Assembly (NCBI RefSeq): GCF_964213995.1
Contig: NC_135828.1
Coordinates: forward strand, 30,628,001-30,692,000
DNA length: 64,000 nucleotides
From: Mustelus asterias
Taxonomy: Eukaryota
Direction of reading: 5' to 3'
Below the pieces are notes generated by a model. The model was not told the DNA's origin and did no database searches. It saw only the letters and a program-made list of their open reading frames with translations. Every line of letters starts with the position of its first letter. Position 1 is the first letter of the stretch. Positions 48,001 through 60,580 of this stretch are shown here, one piece after another. Position numbers and translations under genes: made by a program.

Positions 48001-49844
48001 TGAGCGTCTTCAAGACAGAAATTGATAAATTCTTGATTTCTCGAGGAATTAAGGGCTATGGGGAGAGAGCGGGTAAATGGAGTTGAAATCAACCATGATT
48101 GAATGGTGGAGTGGACTCGATGGGCCGAATGGCCTTACTTCCGCTCCTATGGGGTCTTTTAAGAGACTTCTGGATGAGTACATGGGATTTAATGGGATTG
48201 AGGGCTATAGATAGGCCTAGAGGTGGGGATGTGATCGGCGCAACTTGTGGGCCGAAGGGCCTGTTTGTGCTGTGGCTTTCTATGTTCTATGTTCTATGTC
48301 TTATGGTCTTATGGAGAGACCAGGGCAGGTTGTTAGTGATCTGGACGCCTAAGAACTTGAAGCTTTCTACCTTTTCTATTTCCTCCCCATTGATGAAGAT
48401 AGGGGCATGATTTTGCTGACATTCGGGGAGAGATCATTGTCGTGGCACCTTTTCACCAGCTTCTGTATCACTTTCCTGTACTCCGTCTCGTAATTGTTTA
48501 AGATCCGACCCACTACTGTGGTGTCATCAGCAAACTTGAAAATTGAGTTGGAGGAGAAATTGTCCACAAAGTCAGACGTGTATAAGGGGCTGATGACACA
48601 GTCTTTTGGGGCACCACTATTGAGGATGAGCCTGGAGGAGGTGTTGTTGCCTATCCTTCCTGTTTGCCACAGACCTTCCTGTCGCTTGCCATTTCAACAG
48701 AACATGCTGCTCTCCTGTACACATGTCCATACTTGGACTTTTGAAATGTTCCATTAAACCCCAATGCAAACTGAAGGAATTGCACCCAATCTTTCATTTA
48801 GGCACTTTACAGCTTAGCATTGAGCTCACCAACTTCAGACTGCGAACACTTTCCCCTAACTTCACTCAATTTCCATCAGTTTGTTTTTCTACATGTATTT
48901 TTTTAACTTTTTAAAAGTTTTTCCATTGATCCATTTACAATCTCCCTAATTTTAAACCCCGCTTGCCATGATCTTTTCACTTACCACTGTCTCCACTGCC
49001 CTCACCCCACTCGGACCATTTGGTATCTCTTCCGAGTTGTCTTTTGACACACTGCTTATCTTTGTTCTGCAATTAAAAAATTCTAATCTCTTAATGTGCC
49101 ACTATCGACACCCTCCTTTGGCATGATTACCATAATTTAAATTCCATGTTTCTTTTCGTCCTTGACAACTGTGTCAAGCTCTCCCTGCTTTGAATTTATT
49201 TCTGGCACACTATAACACACCATAGCCCCCACAGCGTATCCACGGACGCCCCCCCCCCCTCCCCAGGCGCCCATCCCCCCCTTTCCCCGCTCACGCCACA
49301 ACATTATAAATCCCACCCTGTGTATAATTTTCTTCAGCTCTAACGAAGTCATTCAGAAGTGAAGCATTATCTTCGTTCTCTCCACAGATGCTGTCAAATC
49401 TGATGAGATTTTCCAGCATTTTCTGTTTTATTTTGTAATGCTTTGGGTGCGCAAGTCCGAATCTCACTGAGGCAGTTGGCGAAATTTGAATTCAATTTCA
49501 AATTTCTGGAATTCGAAGTCTAATGTTGATCATGAAACCGTTGTCGATTGTCACTAAATCACATCTTGTTCACTGATGCCTTGCCACCCTTCTACAACCT
49601 TACCTGGGCGGGACGGCACGTGACTAAGTCCCACAGCAATGTGCTTGACTTTCAAATGTTCCAGCAGGCCATTCAGTTCAAGGGCAGTTCAGGATTGGCA
49701 ATAAATATTTGCCCAGCCAGTGAGCGCACTCATTCCCTGAACAAATAAAAGCTGTTCACACATAAATCCATGCGGCAGTCCAGCAGAGAGCAAAAACAAT
49801 TTGTCATTTTTAAAATGACGCTTTTGACTTGTTGGATACGAATC

Positions 49845-52800
49845 ATAGAACATAGAACATAGAACATTACAGCGCAGAACAGGCCCTTCGGCCCACGATG
49901 TTGCACCGACCAGTTAAAAAAAAAAACTGTGACCCTCCAACCTAAACCAATTTCTTTTCGTCCATGAACCTATCTACGGATCTCTTAAACGCCCCCAAAC
50001 TAGGCGCATTTACTACTGATGCTGGCAGGGCATTCCAATCCCTCACCACCCTCTGGGTAAAGAACCTACCCCTGACATCGGTTCTATAACTACCCCCCCT
50101 CAATTTAAAGCCATGCCCCCTCGTGCTGGATTTCTCCATCAGAGGAAAAAGGCTATCACTATCCACCCTATCTAAACCTCTAATCATCTTATATGTTTCA
50201 ATAAGATCCCCTCTTAGCCGCCGCCTTTCCAGCGAAAACAATCCCAAATCCCTCAGCCTCTCCTCATAGGATCTCCCCTCCATACCAGGCAACATCCTGG
50301 TAAACCTCCTCTGCACCCTCTCCAAAGCCTCCACATCCTTTCTGTAATGTGGGGACCAGAACTGCACACAGTACTCCAAGTGCGGCCGCACCAGAGTTGT
50401 GTACAGTTGCAACATAACGCTACGACTCCTAAATTCAATCCCCCTACCAATAAACGCCAAGACACCATATGCCTTCTTAACAACCTTATCTACTTGATTC
50501 CCAACTTTCAGGGATCTATGCACACATACACCTAGATCCCTCTGCTCCTCCACACTATTCAAAGTCCTCCCGTTAGCCCTATACTCAACACATCTGTTAT
50601 TCCTACCAAAGTGAATTACCTCACACTTCTCCGCATTAAACTCCATCCGCCACCTCTCGGCCCAACTTTGCAACCTGTCTAAGTCTTCCTGCAAACTACG
50701 ACACCCTTCCTCACTGTCTACCACACCACCGACTTTGGTGTCATCAGCAAATTTGCTAATCCACCCAACTATACCCTCATCCAGATCATTAATAAATATT
50801 ACAAACAGCAGTGGCCCCAAAACAGATCCCTGAGGTACACCACTTGTAACCGCACTCCATGATGAATATTTACTATCAACCACCACCCTCTGTTTCCTAT
50901 CCGCTAGCCAATTCCTGATCCAATTTCCTAGATCACCCCCAATCCCATACATCTGCATTTTCTGCAGAAGCCTACTATGGTGAACCTTATCAAACGCCTT
51001 ACTAAAATCCATATATACCACGTCCACTGCCTTGCCCCCATCCACCTCCTTGATCACTTTCTCAAAAAACTCAATAAGGTTAGTAAGGCACGACCTACCT
51101 GCCACAAAACCATGCTGACTATCACCTATCAATTCATTACTCTCCAAATAACTATAAATCCTATCCCTTATAATTTTTTCCAACATCTTGCCGACAACAG
51201 AAGTGAGACTCACCGGTCTATAATTCCCGGGGAAGTCTCTGTTCCCCTTCTTAAACAATGGGACAACATTCGCTAACCTCCAATCTTCTGGTACTATACC
51301 AGAGGCCAACGACGACCTGAAGATCAGAGCCAGAGGCTCTGCAATCACTTCTCTTGCCTCCCAGAGAATCCTTGGATAAATCCCATCCGGACCAGGGGAT
51401 TTATCTATTTTCAGACCCTCCAGAATATCCTGCACATCCTCCTTATCAACTGTAATACTGTCTATTCTACTCCCTTGCAACCCAGTGTCCTCCTCAGCTA
51501 TATTCATGTCCCCTTGCGTGAACACCGAAGAGAAATATTGGTTCAATGCTTCACCAATCTCCTCCGGTTCCACACATAACTTCCCTCTGCCATCTATAAC
51601 TGGCCCTAAACTTGCCCTAACCAACCTTCTGTTCTTGACATACCTATAGAACGCCTTAGGATTCTCTTTAACCCTATCCGCCAAAGTCTTCTCATGTCCC
51701 CTTTTAGCCCTTCTAAGCTCGCTCTTCAACTCCCTCTTAGCCAATCTAAAGCTTTCTAGTGCACTACCCGAGTGCTCACGTCTCATCCGAACATAAGCCT
51801 CCTTTTTCTTTTTAACCAACAAAGAAACTTTTTTGGTGCACCACGGTTCCCTAGCCCTACCAATTCCTCCTTGCCTGACAGGGACATACCTATCACAGAC
51901 TCGCAGTAGCTGCTCCTTGAATAAACTCCACATGTCGGACGTTCCCAGTCCCTGTAATCTCCTAGTCCAACCTATGTTTCCTAATTCTCTCCTAATAGCC
52001 TCATAATTACCCTTCCCCCAGCTAAAACCATTGGCCCGAGGTTCATGCCTATCCCTTTCCATCACTAAGGTGAACGTAACCGAATTGTGGTCACTATCAC
52101 CAAAATGCACACCAACTTCCAAGTCTAGCACCTGGTCTGGCTCATTTCCCAGCACCAGATCCAATATAGCCTCACCTCTAGTTGGCCTGTCTACATACTG
52201 AGTCAAAAAACCTTCCTGCACGCTTTGAACAAAAACTGACCCCTCTAACGAGCTAGAGCTATAACAATTCCAGTCAATATTAGTCAAGTTAAAATCCCCC
52301 ATAACAATTGCCCTATTACTTTCACTCCTAAGCAGGATTGACTCCGCAATCCTTTCCTCAACCTCTCTAGAACTTTTAGGAGGTCTATAAAAGACTCCCA
52401 ACAGGGTGACCTCTCCTCTCCTATTTCTAATCTCCGCCCATACTACCTCAACAGATAAGTCCTCATCAAACCTCCTCTCTGACACTGTGATACAATCTCT
52501 GACCAATAATGCTACCCCTCCCCCTCTTCTACCTCCTTCCCTACTTCGACTAAAACATTTGAACCCCGGGACCTGCAGCATCCATTCCTGCCCCTGCTCT
52601 ATCCATGTCTCTGAAATAGCCACAACATCGAAGTCCCAGGTACTGATCCACGCTGCAAGTTCACCCACTTTATTGCGAATACTCCTGGCATTGAAGTATA
52701 CACATTTCAAACCCTGCTCCACCCCACCTCTGCAATGCCGTGCATTGCAGTCCCCATCCATGCATCCCTCACTTTCAGCCCCACTACTCAGGATCCCTCC

Positions 52801-53790
52801 CCCCCCCCCCGAATCAGTTTAAACCTCCCTGCATGGCCTTAGCAAATTTACCCCCCAGGATATTGGTCCCCTTCTGATTAAGGTGTAGACCATCCTTCTC
52901 ATAGAGGTCACACCTTCCCCAGTACGAGCCCCAATTGCTTAAGTACCTGAACCCCTCCCTCCTGCACCATCCCCTCAGCCATGAATTCAAACCTTCCCTC
53001 TCCCTATTCCTCTCTAAACTATCCCGTGGTACAGGCAAGAGTCCAGAGATAACCACTCTGTCAGTCTTGGCCTTTAGTTTCCACCCCAACTCCATAAATC
53101 CCTGCCTAATATCCCCTTCCCCTATCCTCCCTATGTCGTGTGTCCCCACATGTACAATAACTTGTGGTTTATCTCCCTCCCCCCTAAGAGTCCTGAATAC
53201 CCTGTCAGACACATCCCGGACCCCAGCCCCTGGTAGGCAACACACCAACCCTGAGTCCCTACCTTTAGTTCCGACCCTCCTATCTGTCTCCTTAATTGTG
53301 GAGTCCCCAATCACAAGGCCCAGTCTTTTACAGCCCCTAACCACCTGAGCTTTCTCACTCGGCTCACCCCCAGAGATCTGCTCTCTATGCTCAGTTGATT
53401 CCTCCTCAACTGTAGCCTCCAGCACCGAAAACCTATTATGGAGGGGAACCGCCCCAGGGGATTGTCTTCCCTATTGCTTCTTACCCCTCCTCCTGGCATT
53501 GACCCAAGCCTCATTTCTAGGAGTTACTATTTCTCTATAACTCCTATCAACTTCCACCTCCACCTCCCGAATTATGCGGAGTTCCTCTACCTCCCCCTCC
53601 AGCTCCTTTACACGCTCCTCCAGAAGCTGCAATCTAATGCACTTCTTACAACTAAAATCTCCTGAAACACTACTGGATTTCCTCACCACATACATCCCAC
53701 AGGAGATGCAGCATACTGCCTGAACTGCCATCCCTGAAGCCATTACCAGCAAGAAAAAAAAGAAAACAAAAAAACTTCCCCACACTTCCC
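49845..53790 (-). mobile_element. Near full-length CR1 LINE: ORF1 frameshifted once (~53743-52814), ORF2 intact
   Basis: ORF1 in two frames (CCISC...CKKC; GDSTIK, HVGTHD, DGLHL); (TTCTATG)n tail at 49845-49868. Confidence 0.94.
49942..52761 (-). CDS. CR1 ORF2, uninterrupted 939-aa AP-endonuclease + reverse transcriptase
   Basis: YFNARS, ISETW, MGDFN, GDSDHN, KSPGPDG, NYRPVSL, DFSKAFD, GVPQGS, KFADD and the CR1 C-terminus are all in one frame. Confidence 0.93.
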   Translation of the reverse strand: MDGDCNARHCRGGVEQGLKCVYFNARSIRNKVGELAAWISTWDFDVVAISETWIEQGQEWMLQVPGFKCFSRSREGGRRGGGVALLVRDCITVSERRFDEDLSVEVVWAEIRNRRGEVTLLGVFYRPPKSSREVEERIAESILLRSESNRAIVMGDFNLTNIDWNCYSSSSLEGSVFVQSVQEGFLTQYVDRPTRGEAILDLVLGNEPDQVLDLEVGVHFGDSDHNSVTFTLVMERDRHEPRANGFSWGKGNYEAIRRELGNIGWTRRLQGLGTSDMWSLFKEQLLRVCDRYVPVRQGGIGRAREPWCTKKVSLLVKKKKEAYVRMRREHSGSALESFRLAKRELKSELRRAKRGHEKTLADRVKENPKAFYRYVKNRRLVRASLGPVIDGRGKLCVEPEEIGEALNQYFSSVFTQGDMNIAEEDTGLQGSRIDSITVDKEDVQDILEGLKIDKSPGPDGIYPRILWEAREVIAEPLALIFRSSLASGIVPEDWRLANVVPLFKKGNRDFPGNYRPVSLTSVVGKMLEKIIRDRIYSYLESNELIGDSQHGFVAGRSCLTNLIEFFEKVIKEVDGGKAVDVVYMDFSKAFDKVHHSRLLQKMQMYGIGGDLGNWIRNWLADRKQRVVVDSKYSSWSAVTSGVPQGSVLGPLLFVIFINDLDEGIVGWISKFADDTKVGGVVDSEEGCRSLQEDLDRLQSWAERWRMEFNAEKCEVIHFGRNNRCVEYRANGRTLNSVEEQRDLGVCVHRSLKVGNQVDKVVKKAYGVLAFIGRGIEFRSRSVMLQLYTTLVRPHLEYCVQFWSPHYRKDVEALERVQRRFTRMLPGMEGRSYEERLRDLGLFSLERRRLRGDLIETYKMIRGLDRVDSDSLFPLMEKSSTRGHGFKLRGGSYRTDVRGRFFTQRVVRDWNALPASVVNAPSLGAFKRSVDRFMDEKKLV

Positions 53791-54931
53791 CAACTGTCAC
53801 TCTCCCAGTAGAATCCTCTCTACTTGCTACTATTTGAAACGAAACGTATCTTCTACAGTGACCTATTATGTGGAACATTATCAATTGCCATCTGCTAAGC
53901 CAAATATAGCATATTTTTCGTACCACTTTACCACATTGCGTGTTACAACATTAAATGACTAATAAATTCGTCGATCAGGATTTCCCATTCATAACGCCAT
54001 GTTGTTTGTGAATGATTGCGTTCAGCATTTCCAATTATTGCTTCCTTCGCAACCTTTTCAAGCATAGTGTCAATGTCAGATATTAGGCTGACTGAGGAAT
54101 TGTTTACTGTATTCTGTCCCTCTCAATTTTTCCTCCGTGACATTTTTGTTGCAGTTTACAAAGCGCTTATACCTTTAGCTCAATCATTTACCACTCTCCC
54201 TCTCTCGAATAATTTCGATTGCTGTATGTTCCTCACTCCTTTTTCTCCTTTTTCCGCTATTCTTGTTTTCTTTCAATATTTTGCTTTGTAAAGACAGCTG
54301 CAAAATACATGTTTGAATCCCTGTGATTTCGTTTTTTTCCCCCATTAGTAATTCTGAAGCACCATTTGTAAAGGACCAATAGGGTCTGTAGTTATTCATT
54401 CTCTTTGTGTACTTGAAGATGCAGATATATCTGAATCTTGTTAGTATTATTAGGTTTCTAATAACTAACCTGGTCAATCTCTGTTATTTTTTCTGGCAGG
54501 TTTCTCACCGTTTCCTGATAATTTGATCTATCAATTATCATCACAGAACTGTACTCATTTTCCTTCCAGTCGATAAAATCCGAACTTCCTTAAATAGCTA
54601 AGAGCCATCCTTCTCCAAAACAATGCTTCTTTCTGGAGCACATCTTCGTATAGATTTATGAAATATATTCTTAAATCTCAGCCAATGCTGCACTACAAGC
54701 CTACACTTAAAGCTATTTTTCCCGAGCTAATTTAGCGAATTCTAGTTTGCTATCCTTGCAACTGCTTACTATTATGAGACGGGCACTGAGTAAAGGAATA
54801 ATGAAATATTTCCACAATTGTAAATGACGTTGGTGAAACGACACCTAGAATGTTTCGTGCAGTTTTGGTCTTTATTTTGAAGGAATAATATATTAACATC
54901 AGTAGCAGATTGGTTACTGACATGACACATA

Positions 54932-55250
54932 GGGCGACAAATTGGCACAGTGGTTAGCACTGTTTCCTCACAGTGCCAGAGATCCAGCTTCGATTCGAGC
55001 CTTCGGTGACTATCTGTTTGAAGTTTACATGGTCTCCCCCTGTGTGCGTCTGTTTCCTCTGGGTGCTCTGGTATCCTCCTAAAATCCAACAATTTAAAAG
55101 TTATGTTGATTGGCCATGCTAAATGCCCGTTAGTGTCCAAGATTTCTGGGTTAATGGGGTTAGCAGTTTCTGGGCAAGATGCACGGAACGGGGAGTCGGT
55201 GCAGACTCGATGGGCCGAATGACCTGTTTCTGCATTGTAGGGATTCAATG
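54932..55250 (+). mobile_element. Degenerate HE1 SINE within ancient CR1 debris (~53800-55450)
   Basis: ggcacagtggttagcactg...gcagactcgatgggccgaatg...gtagggattc. Confidence 0.75.
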
Positions 55251-57469
55251 ACAATGTGGGCTCATCAAGAGTCAGATTAATTTGGGTTATGCTGTTTTGA
55301 GTTTAGAACATTGGGAGATGATCTCATTGAAATTTATATGATTGGAAAGAGGAATTAACAACTTAGACATTATGAGGTTATTTTCTCTATCTGGGGAGTT
55401 TAGAACATGGTGACACAGTCTAGAGGTGAGGAAGCAGTCATTTATAATCGCGAGGAAGATAATTTTCAGTCACCATTTTTTAATTTTATTTTACCATGCC
55501 CCATTATGACTCTCATGAAACCAAGTCTTTGACAACGCATTTGAACATATTACCGAATACTTCCCGGTACGCCCTGAGATTATGCGACATCATCTGTCCA
55601 ATATCCCCCAACCGAGGTGACCATTTCTGCCAGAAAGCGTACTTTTTCCTTTCCAGAATGAAAAATAAACACAAGCTACATGTAACCCGATGAAAAATGA
55701 TCGCGTGCAGGTAGCCTATCCTATAAGACAACGAACTGAAGTGGTCAAATCCCCCGTCTGTGCCTCCTCTGTTTATAGAAAGAACAGTGAATACACCCCA
55801 CTCCTGGAATATAAATTGTCAGAACTTCCTGTCACAAGTATGGTCCAATCCGGCAGCTACACATCTGCAAGATTGATCGATCGGGTTCCAATACACCTTG
55901 CAATATTGATCAATCGTGTTAACGCCACCTTTCCCAAAATATGGATCGATCACGCTCTCCCTTCTCCCATTCCTCCTGTTGTGCTGCTTTTATTGCTCTC
56001 CCAATTTGATTTCCATTATTTCACGCTATTATCACTATTGTTCCAAAAAGCCACGCATTTCCCTCAGTATGCCCTTTCTTCATTCCCCCACATCAAATAT
56101 CAACATATATATCATACCAGGGGCTATTTCCATCCCCTTCCCAATTTTGATCTCTCCAATTCGCATCCACTTCATCCCTTGCCCTTTCCCCCTCTGAAAT
56201 TCGCCATTATACAAACCTGCATCCCTATTCTCCCGCCCGAACTCCTTTTTTTAGATTTTTCCCTCTCCATTTCGAACCCACAATTCAGGCTCACGACTTA
56301 GCCTCCCACATAGCCCTCGTTATTTCCTCCTCTTTATTTCTCTTCCACCAATTCCCACTTTCCATTCCTGCAACTTACTTTTTCCGTCCATCTGCCTGCA
56401 CCATTCTCCGTCCGATACACAATTCCCCCAACAACCAGCCTCGCTGGTTGATGCTCATGCTGGACAAATCTGAGTAGTGTGGCACCTCAAGGATCAACAC
56501 TTGGACCGAAGTGTCAAAGATTTGGCTGTGTTGACTAAATGCAGTTTTTACAAGTTTGCAGAAAGGTAGGTTGGAATATGTGTTGTGAATATAATGCAAA
56601 GGGGATTCAAGAAAATCTGGACAGAGTTAGTGAGCAGTCAAGAACGCAGCTGATGCAACAAACTTATGAAAAATATATTTAGCTAGCCACATTGTTATGA
56701 GAAAGAAATGTGCAGTGTAGTTACTATTTGGTAAGCACTTAGGATTATATATAAGGGACCTCAGTATCGTCGTCAGTAAGTCCCAAAAATGTAACATGTC
56801 GACATTGAGATAAGGTGGAAAATGACAGAGGAAGAAAGTGGAGAAATATGATTTGTTTCATTTCTTCACTGGCAACATAATGTGACAACAGAAAATAAAA
56901 CAAACAAATAAAATGCATGCAGTGTGAATGTACTATTGTATAATGTACACACAGGCACACAAAGCTGGATTGCACATGCTGTGAGGCAGTAGTCCAACCG
57001 TGCCACCCATTTTTCTTTCTTGTGATTTCTTCACGAAACCTGTCCCATATTTCAGCATAAAATCACACATGACCTTTTTGTTCTTAAGAAGAATATGCTG
57101 TCTGAATTTTTGGACTGAAGTGAAACAGCATCTTGAGAAATATAAAGCTATTTTAATAAATACTTCTTTTATCCAGCAATTTGTGTTAGATATCTAATAT
57201 AGCTACCGATGCCAATGACAAAGGGATAGAAATGGTGCTTCTTGAAGATTAGAGTGACTGGTTTGGCAATTACCTTTTTAAGAGATTGATAATGTGCAAG
57301 TTAAATATGTGACTTTGATTGTCCTATAAAGAAATACAGCTGAAACGCTATCGGTTAGAGAACATCTTGTAAGTGAGTACGCCTGAGGAATTGTCTCACA
57401 ATAAACAGGTTTGTACCTGAAATATAAGTCTGGCTTGATTATTCCACTATAGTCACACATGGTGAGTAT

Positions 57470-58720
57470 CATGCAGGGACAGAAGGATCTGGGCCTATAT
57501 GCAAATTATTCGTTGAAGTTTGCAAGAACAGATTGAGATTGTGAAACATCAAATACGAAAATATGATAGGGCAAGAACAGAAAATGAATCGTCCTATCTT
57601 CACATTTCAGAAGACCCATGCTCAGCCTCAACTCGAATGTTGATTCCAGTTCTGGGTGACACAAGAGAGGAAAGATATGAATACACTGCTGAGTGTGCTG
57701 TATGGATTGACGGAATGGATCCAGGGATGCGGAACTTCATTTATGATGATAGATTGTAGAAGTTGGTATTGTCTTCCTTGGAAAGAAGAAGGCTGGGAAA
57801 AGGTCTGATAGAGGTAGTCAAAACTACGATTGGTGAGGAAACAACGTGTGGAGAAATGAAGGAATGGAGAATTAGAGGGCGCAGAGCTAAAGCAATTGTC
57901 ATAAAAGTAAAGAAACCATCATTACAAATTATCATTTCACGAAACGAATGATAAGGATATTGTATGCCCTTCCTGAGAGTGTTCTGGAGGTCACTGTAAT
58001 GGAGGCATTCAAGGAAGAATTAGAGTGTTACATGCAAAAGTAACGTGCAGGATAACTGGGAGAAGACCAGTAAATGACACGCAAGAAAGGGCACTTTCAG
58101 AGATCTGGTACAGACACGATGGTCCGAATCATCTCTGCTATGCTGCAATACAACTGTACTTCTGTCATAAACCTGGCAGAGAAGTAACTTTCCAAGTTCA
58201 ATGTCAGTTAGTGCTTGATGTGGGTCAACGTCAAAGGTTGCTGTGAGGGACAATGTTTTTGTTCAGAATGGAATTCCCTATACACAGGAAAGAATCTAAG
58301 GTTGCTAAAGTTGCTAAATTTGTTGATGGGCATGTATAAGTAATAACATTGGCTTTGAAGAAGGCATTCGGAGGACACATACATGTAGGCGTTTCCGTGA
58401 GTAGAAAGTAACATTAGCCGATATAGCCTCATATGGAAAAATGTGAGGTTGTCGAATTTTGCAAGAACAAATATCAAAACAAAGCAATACTTTGTTTGGG
58501 TGGAACGGTCAACTGAACTCGGTCGTGGAGGAGGGTCTGAAGTTTTCCGGTAAATGGATCACAAGAAGCGAATAGCGAGGTACCGCAAGTATCTGGGTAG
58601 TCACAAATAATATGTTGCTATCGAAAGGGAGCCAAGGATCAAGATAGGGAAGTGTTTCTGCAAGTTTGCAGTCCGCTTTTGAGTTCACAGCGTGGTTACT
58701 TTTTTGTCACTTTTCATTTC
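57470..58720 (+). mobile_element. Ancient CR1 3' fragments
   Basis: ORF 57763-57951 SLERRRLGKGLIEVVK; aaatttgttgatg (KFxD) at ~58316. Confidence 0.55.
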
Positions 58721-58734
58721 ATGAATAAGCATGA

Positions 58735-60164
58735 CTGATGTGGTCCCGTTGTTTAAGAAGGGTAGCAGGGATAATCCAGGAAATTATAGGCCGGTGAGCT
58801 TGACGTCCGTGATAGGGAAGTTGTTGGAGAGGATTCTTAGAGACAGGATGTATGTGCATTTAGAACGGAACAATCTCATTAGTGACAGACAGCATGGTTT
58901 TGTAAGAGGGAGGTCGTGCCTTACAAATTTGGTGGAGTTTTTTGAGGAAGTGACAAAAACGGTTGATGAAGGAAGGGCCGTGGATGTCGTCTACATGGAT
59001 TTCAGTAAGGCATTTGACAAAGTCCCACATGGCAGGTTGGTTAAGAAGGTTAAGGCTCATGGGATACAAGGAGAAGTGGCTCGATGGGTGGAGAACTGGC
59101 TTGGCCATAGGAGACAGAGGGTAGTGGTTGAAGGGTCTTTTTCCGGCTGGAGGTCTGTGACCAGTGGTGTTCCGCAGGGCTCTGTACTGGGACCTCTGCT
59201 ATTTGTGATATATATAAATGATTTGGAAGAAGGTGTAACTGGTGTAATCAGCAAGTTTGCGGATGACACGAAGATGGCTGGAATTGCGGATAGCGAAGAG
59301 CATTGTCGGGCAATACAGCAGGATATAGATAGGCTGGAAAATTGGGCGCAGAGGTGGCAGATGGAGTTTAATCCGGATAAATGCGAAGTGATGCATTTTG
59401 GAAGAAATATTGTAGGGAGGAGTTATACAATAAATGGCAGAGTCATCAGGAGTATAGAAACACAGAGGGACCTAGGTGTGCAAGTCCACAAATCCTTGAA
59501 GGTGGCAACACAGGTGGAGAAGGTGGTGAAGAAGGCATATGGTATGCTTGCCTTTATAGGACGGGGTATAGAGTATAAAAGCTGGAGTCTGATGATGCAG
59601 CTGTATAGAACGCTGGTTAGGCCACATTTGGAGTACTGCATCCAGTTCTGGTCGCTGCACTACAAGAAGGACGTGGAGGCATTGGAGAGAGTGCAGAGAA
59701 GGTTTACCAGGATGTTGCCTGGTATGGAGGGTCTTAGCTATGAGGAGAGATTGGGTCGACTGGGGTTGTTCTCCTTGGAAAGACGGAGAATGAGGGGAGA
59801 TCTAATAGAGGTGTACAAGATTATGAAGGGTATAGATAGGGTGAACAGTGGGAAGCTTTTTCCCAGGTCGGAGGTGACGATCACGAGGGGTCACGGGCTC
59901 AAGCTGAGAGGGGCGAAGTATAACTCAGACATCAGAGGGACGTTTTTTACACAGAGGGTGGTGGGGGCCTGGAATGGGCTGCCAAGTAGGGTGGTGGAGG
60001 CAGGTACGCTGACATCGTTTAAGACTTACCTGGATAGTCACATGAGCAGCCTGGGAATGGAGGGATACAAACGATTGGTCTAGTTGGACCAAGGAGCGGC
60101 ACAGGCTTGGAGGGCCGAAGGGCCTGTTTCCTGTGCGGTACTGTTCTTTGTTCTTGTTCTTTGT
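58735..60164 (+). mobile_element. Young 5'-truncated CR1 with open RT frame (58731-60083)
   Basis: 450-aa uninterrupted RT and C-terminus; tgttctt tail. Confidence 0.94.
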
Positions 60165-60580
60165 TATTCCTGGGATTAGGGGCCTTCTGAATATGGAAGG
60201 TTGGCAAGCTCGGCTTTTGTCCAATGGAGTCAAGAAAAATGGACGATTATATTATTTACTCATAAAATATTGAGCGATGGCGCATGTGGAGAGGAACTTT
60301 CCCCTTATGGTGCGACAATAACTATGGGAAAGAAATAATAAAGATGGGGCCCCACCTTTTAATCGGAGAAGATGAGATATCTTTCTGTCACCCTGACATT
60401 CCTCAGCCTGTTGTATTCTCACTCTCATGGTCATTGGATACTCTTATTCGTGGTTCACCAGGAATAAAATAGATATAGGGTGCATTCAGGAAAATGGAAC
60501 TGAACCGAATGGCCCACTCTGCAACCAGGATGACGAACCGAATGGCCCACTTTGGAACCGCATGTAAGAACTGCTGCAAA

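Larger units (their letters stand above)
43669..48150 (+). mobile_element. Full-length CR1 LINE: intact ORF1, disrupted ORF2
   Basis: ORF2 pieces 45210-45503, 45543-46781, 46852-47268 and 47295-47969 (APE + RT) with stops and frameshifts. A second LINE tail follows at ~48150-48312. Confidence 0.93.
43126..48670 (-). mobile_element. Rex1/Babar-like LINE fragment (43126-43668, 48313-48670) split by a CR1
   Basis: ORF 48376-48567 NSIFKFADDTTVVGRILNNYETEYR. C-terminal part IQDPTHPGH..F..L.S...RTNRLKNS in ORF 43243-43485. Confidence 0.75.
42880..49430 (+). mobile_element. Old PLE remnant (42880-43125 and 48672-49430) split by nested LINEs
   Basis: NLVYCIRCSQCDLLY..QTKRRLGDSFAVHL (GIY-YIG) before 43125; resumes with LPVACHFN at ~48675. 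Confidence 0.7.

Noticed and set aside
55690-56301. 203-aa ORF
   Set aside because: Lies in a pyrimidine-rich low-complexity tract with P/L/F/H bias and no recognisable domain.
60502-60559. 33-bp-period duplication gaaccgaatggcccact
   Set aside because: Resembles a decayed CR1 tail motif duplicated by slippage; nothing suggests function.
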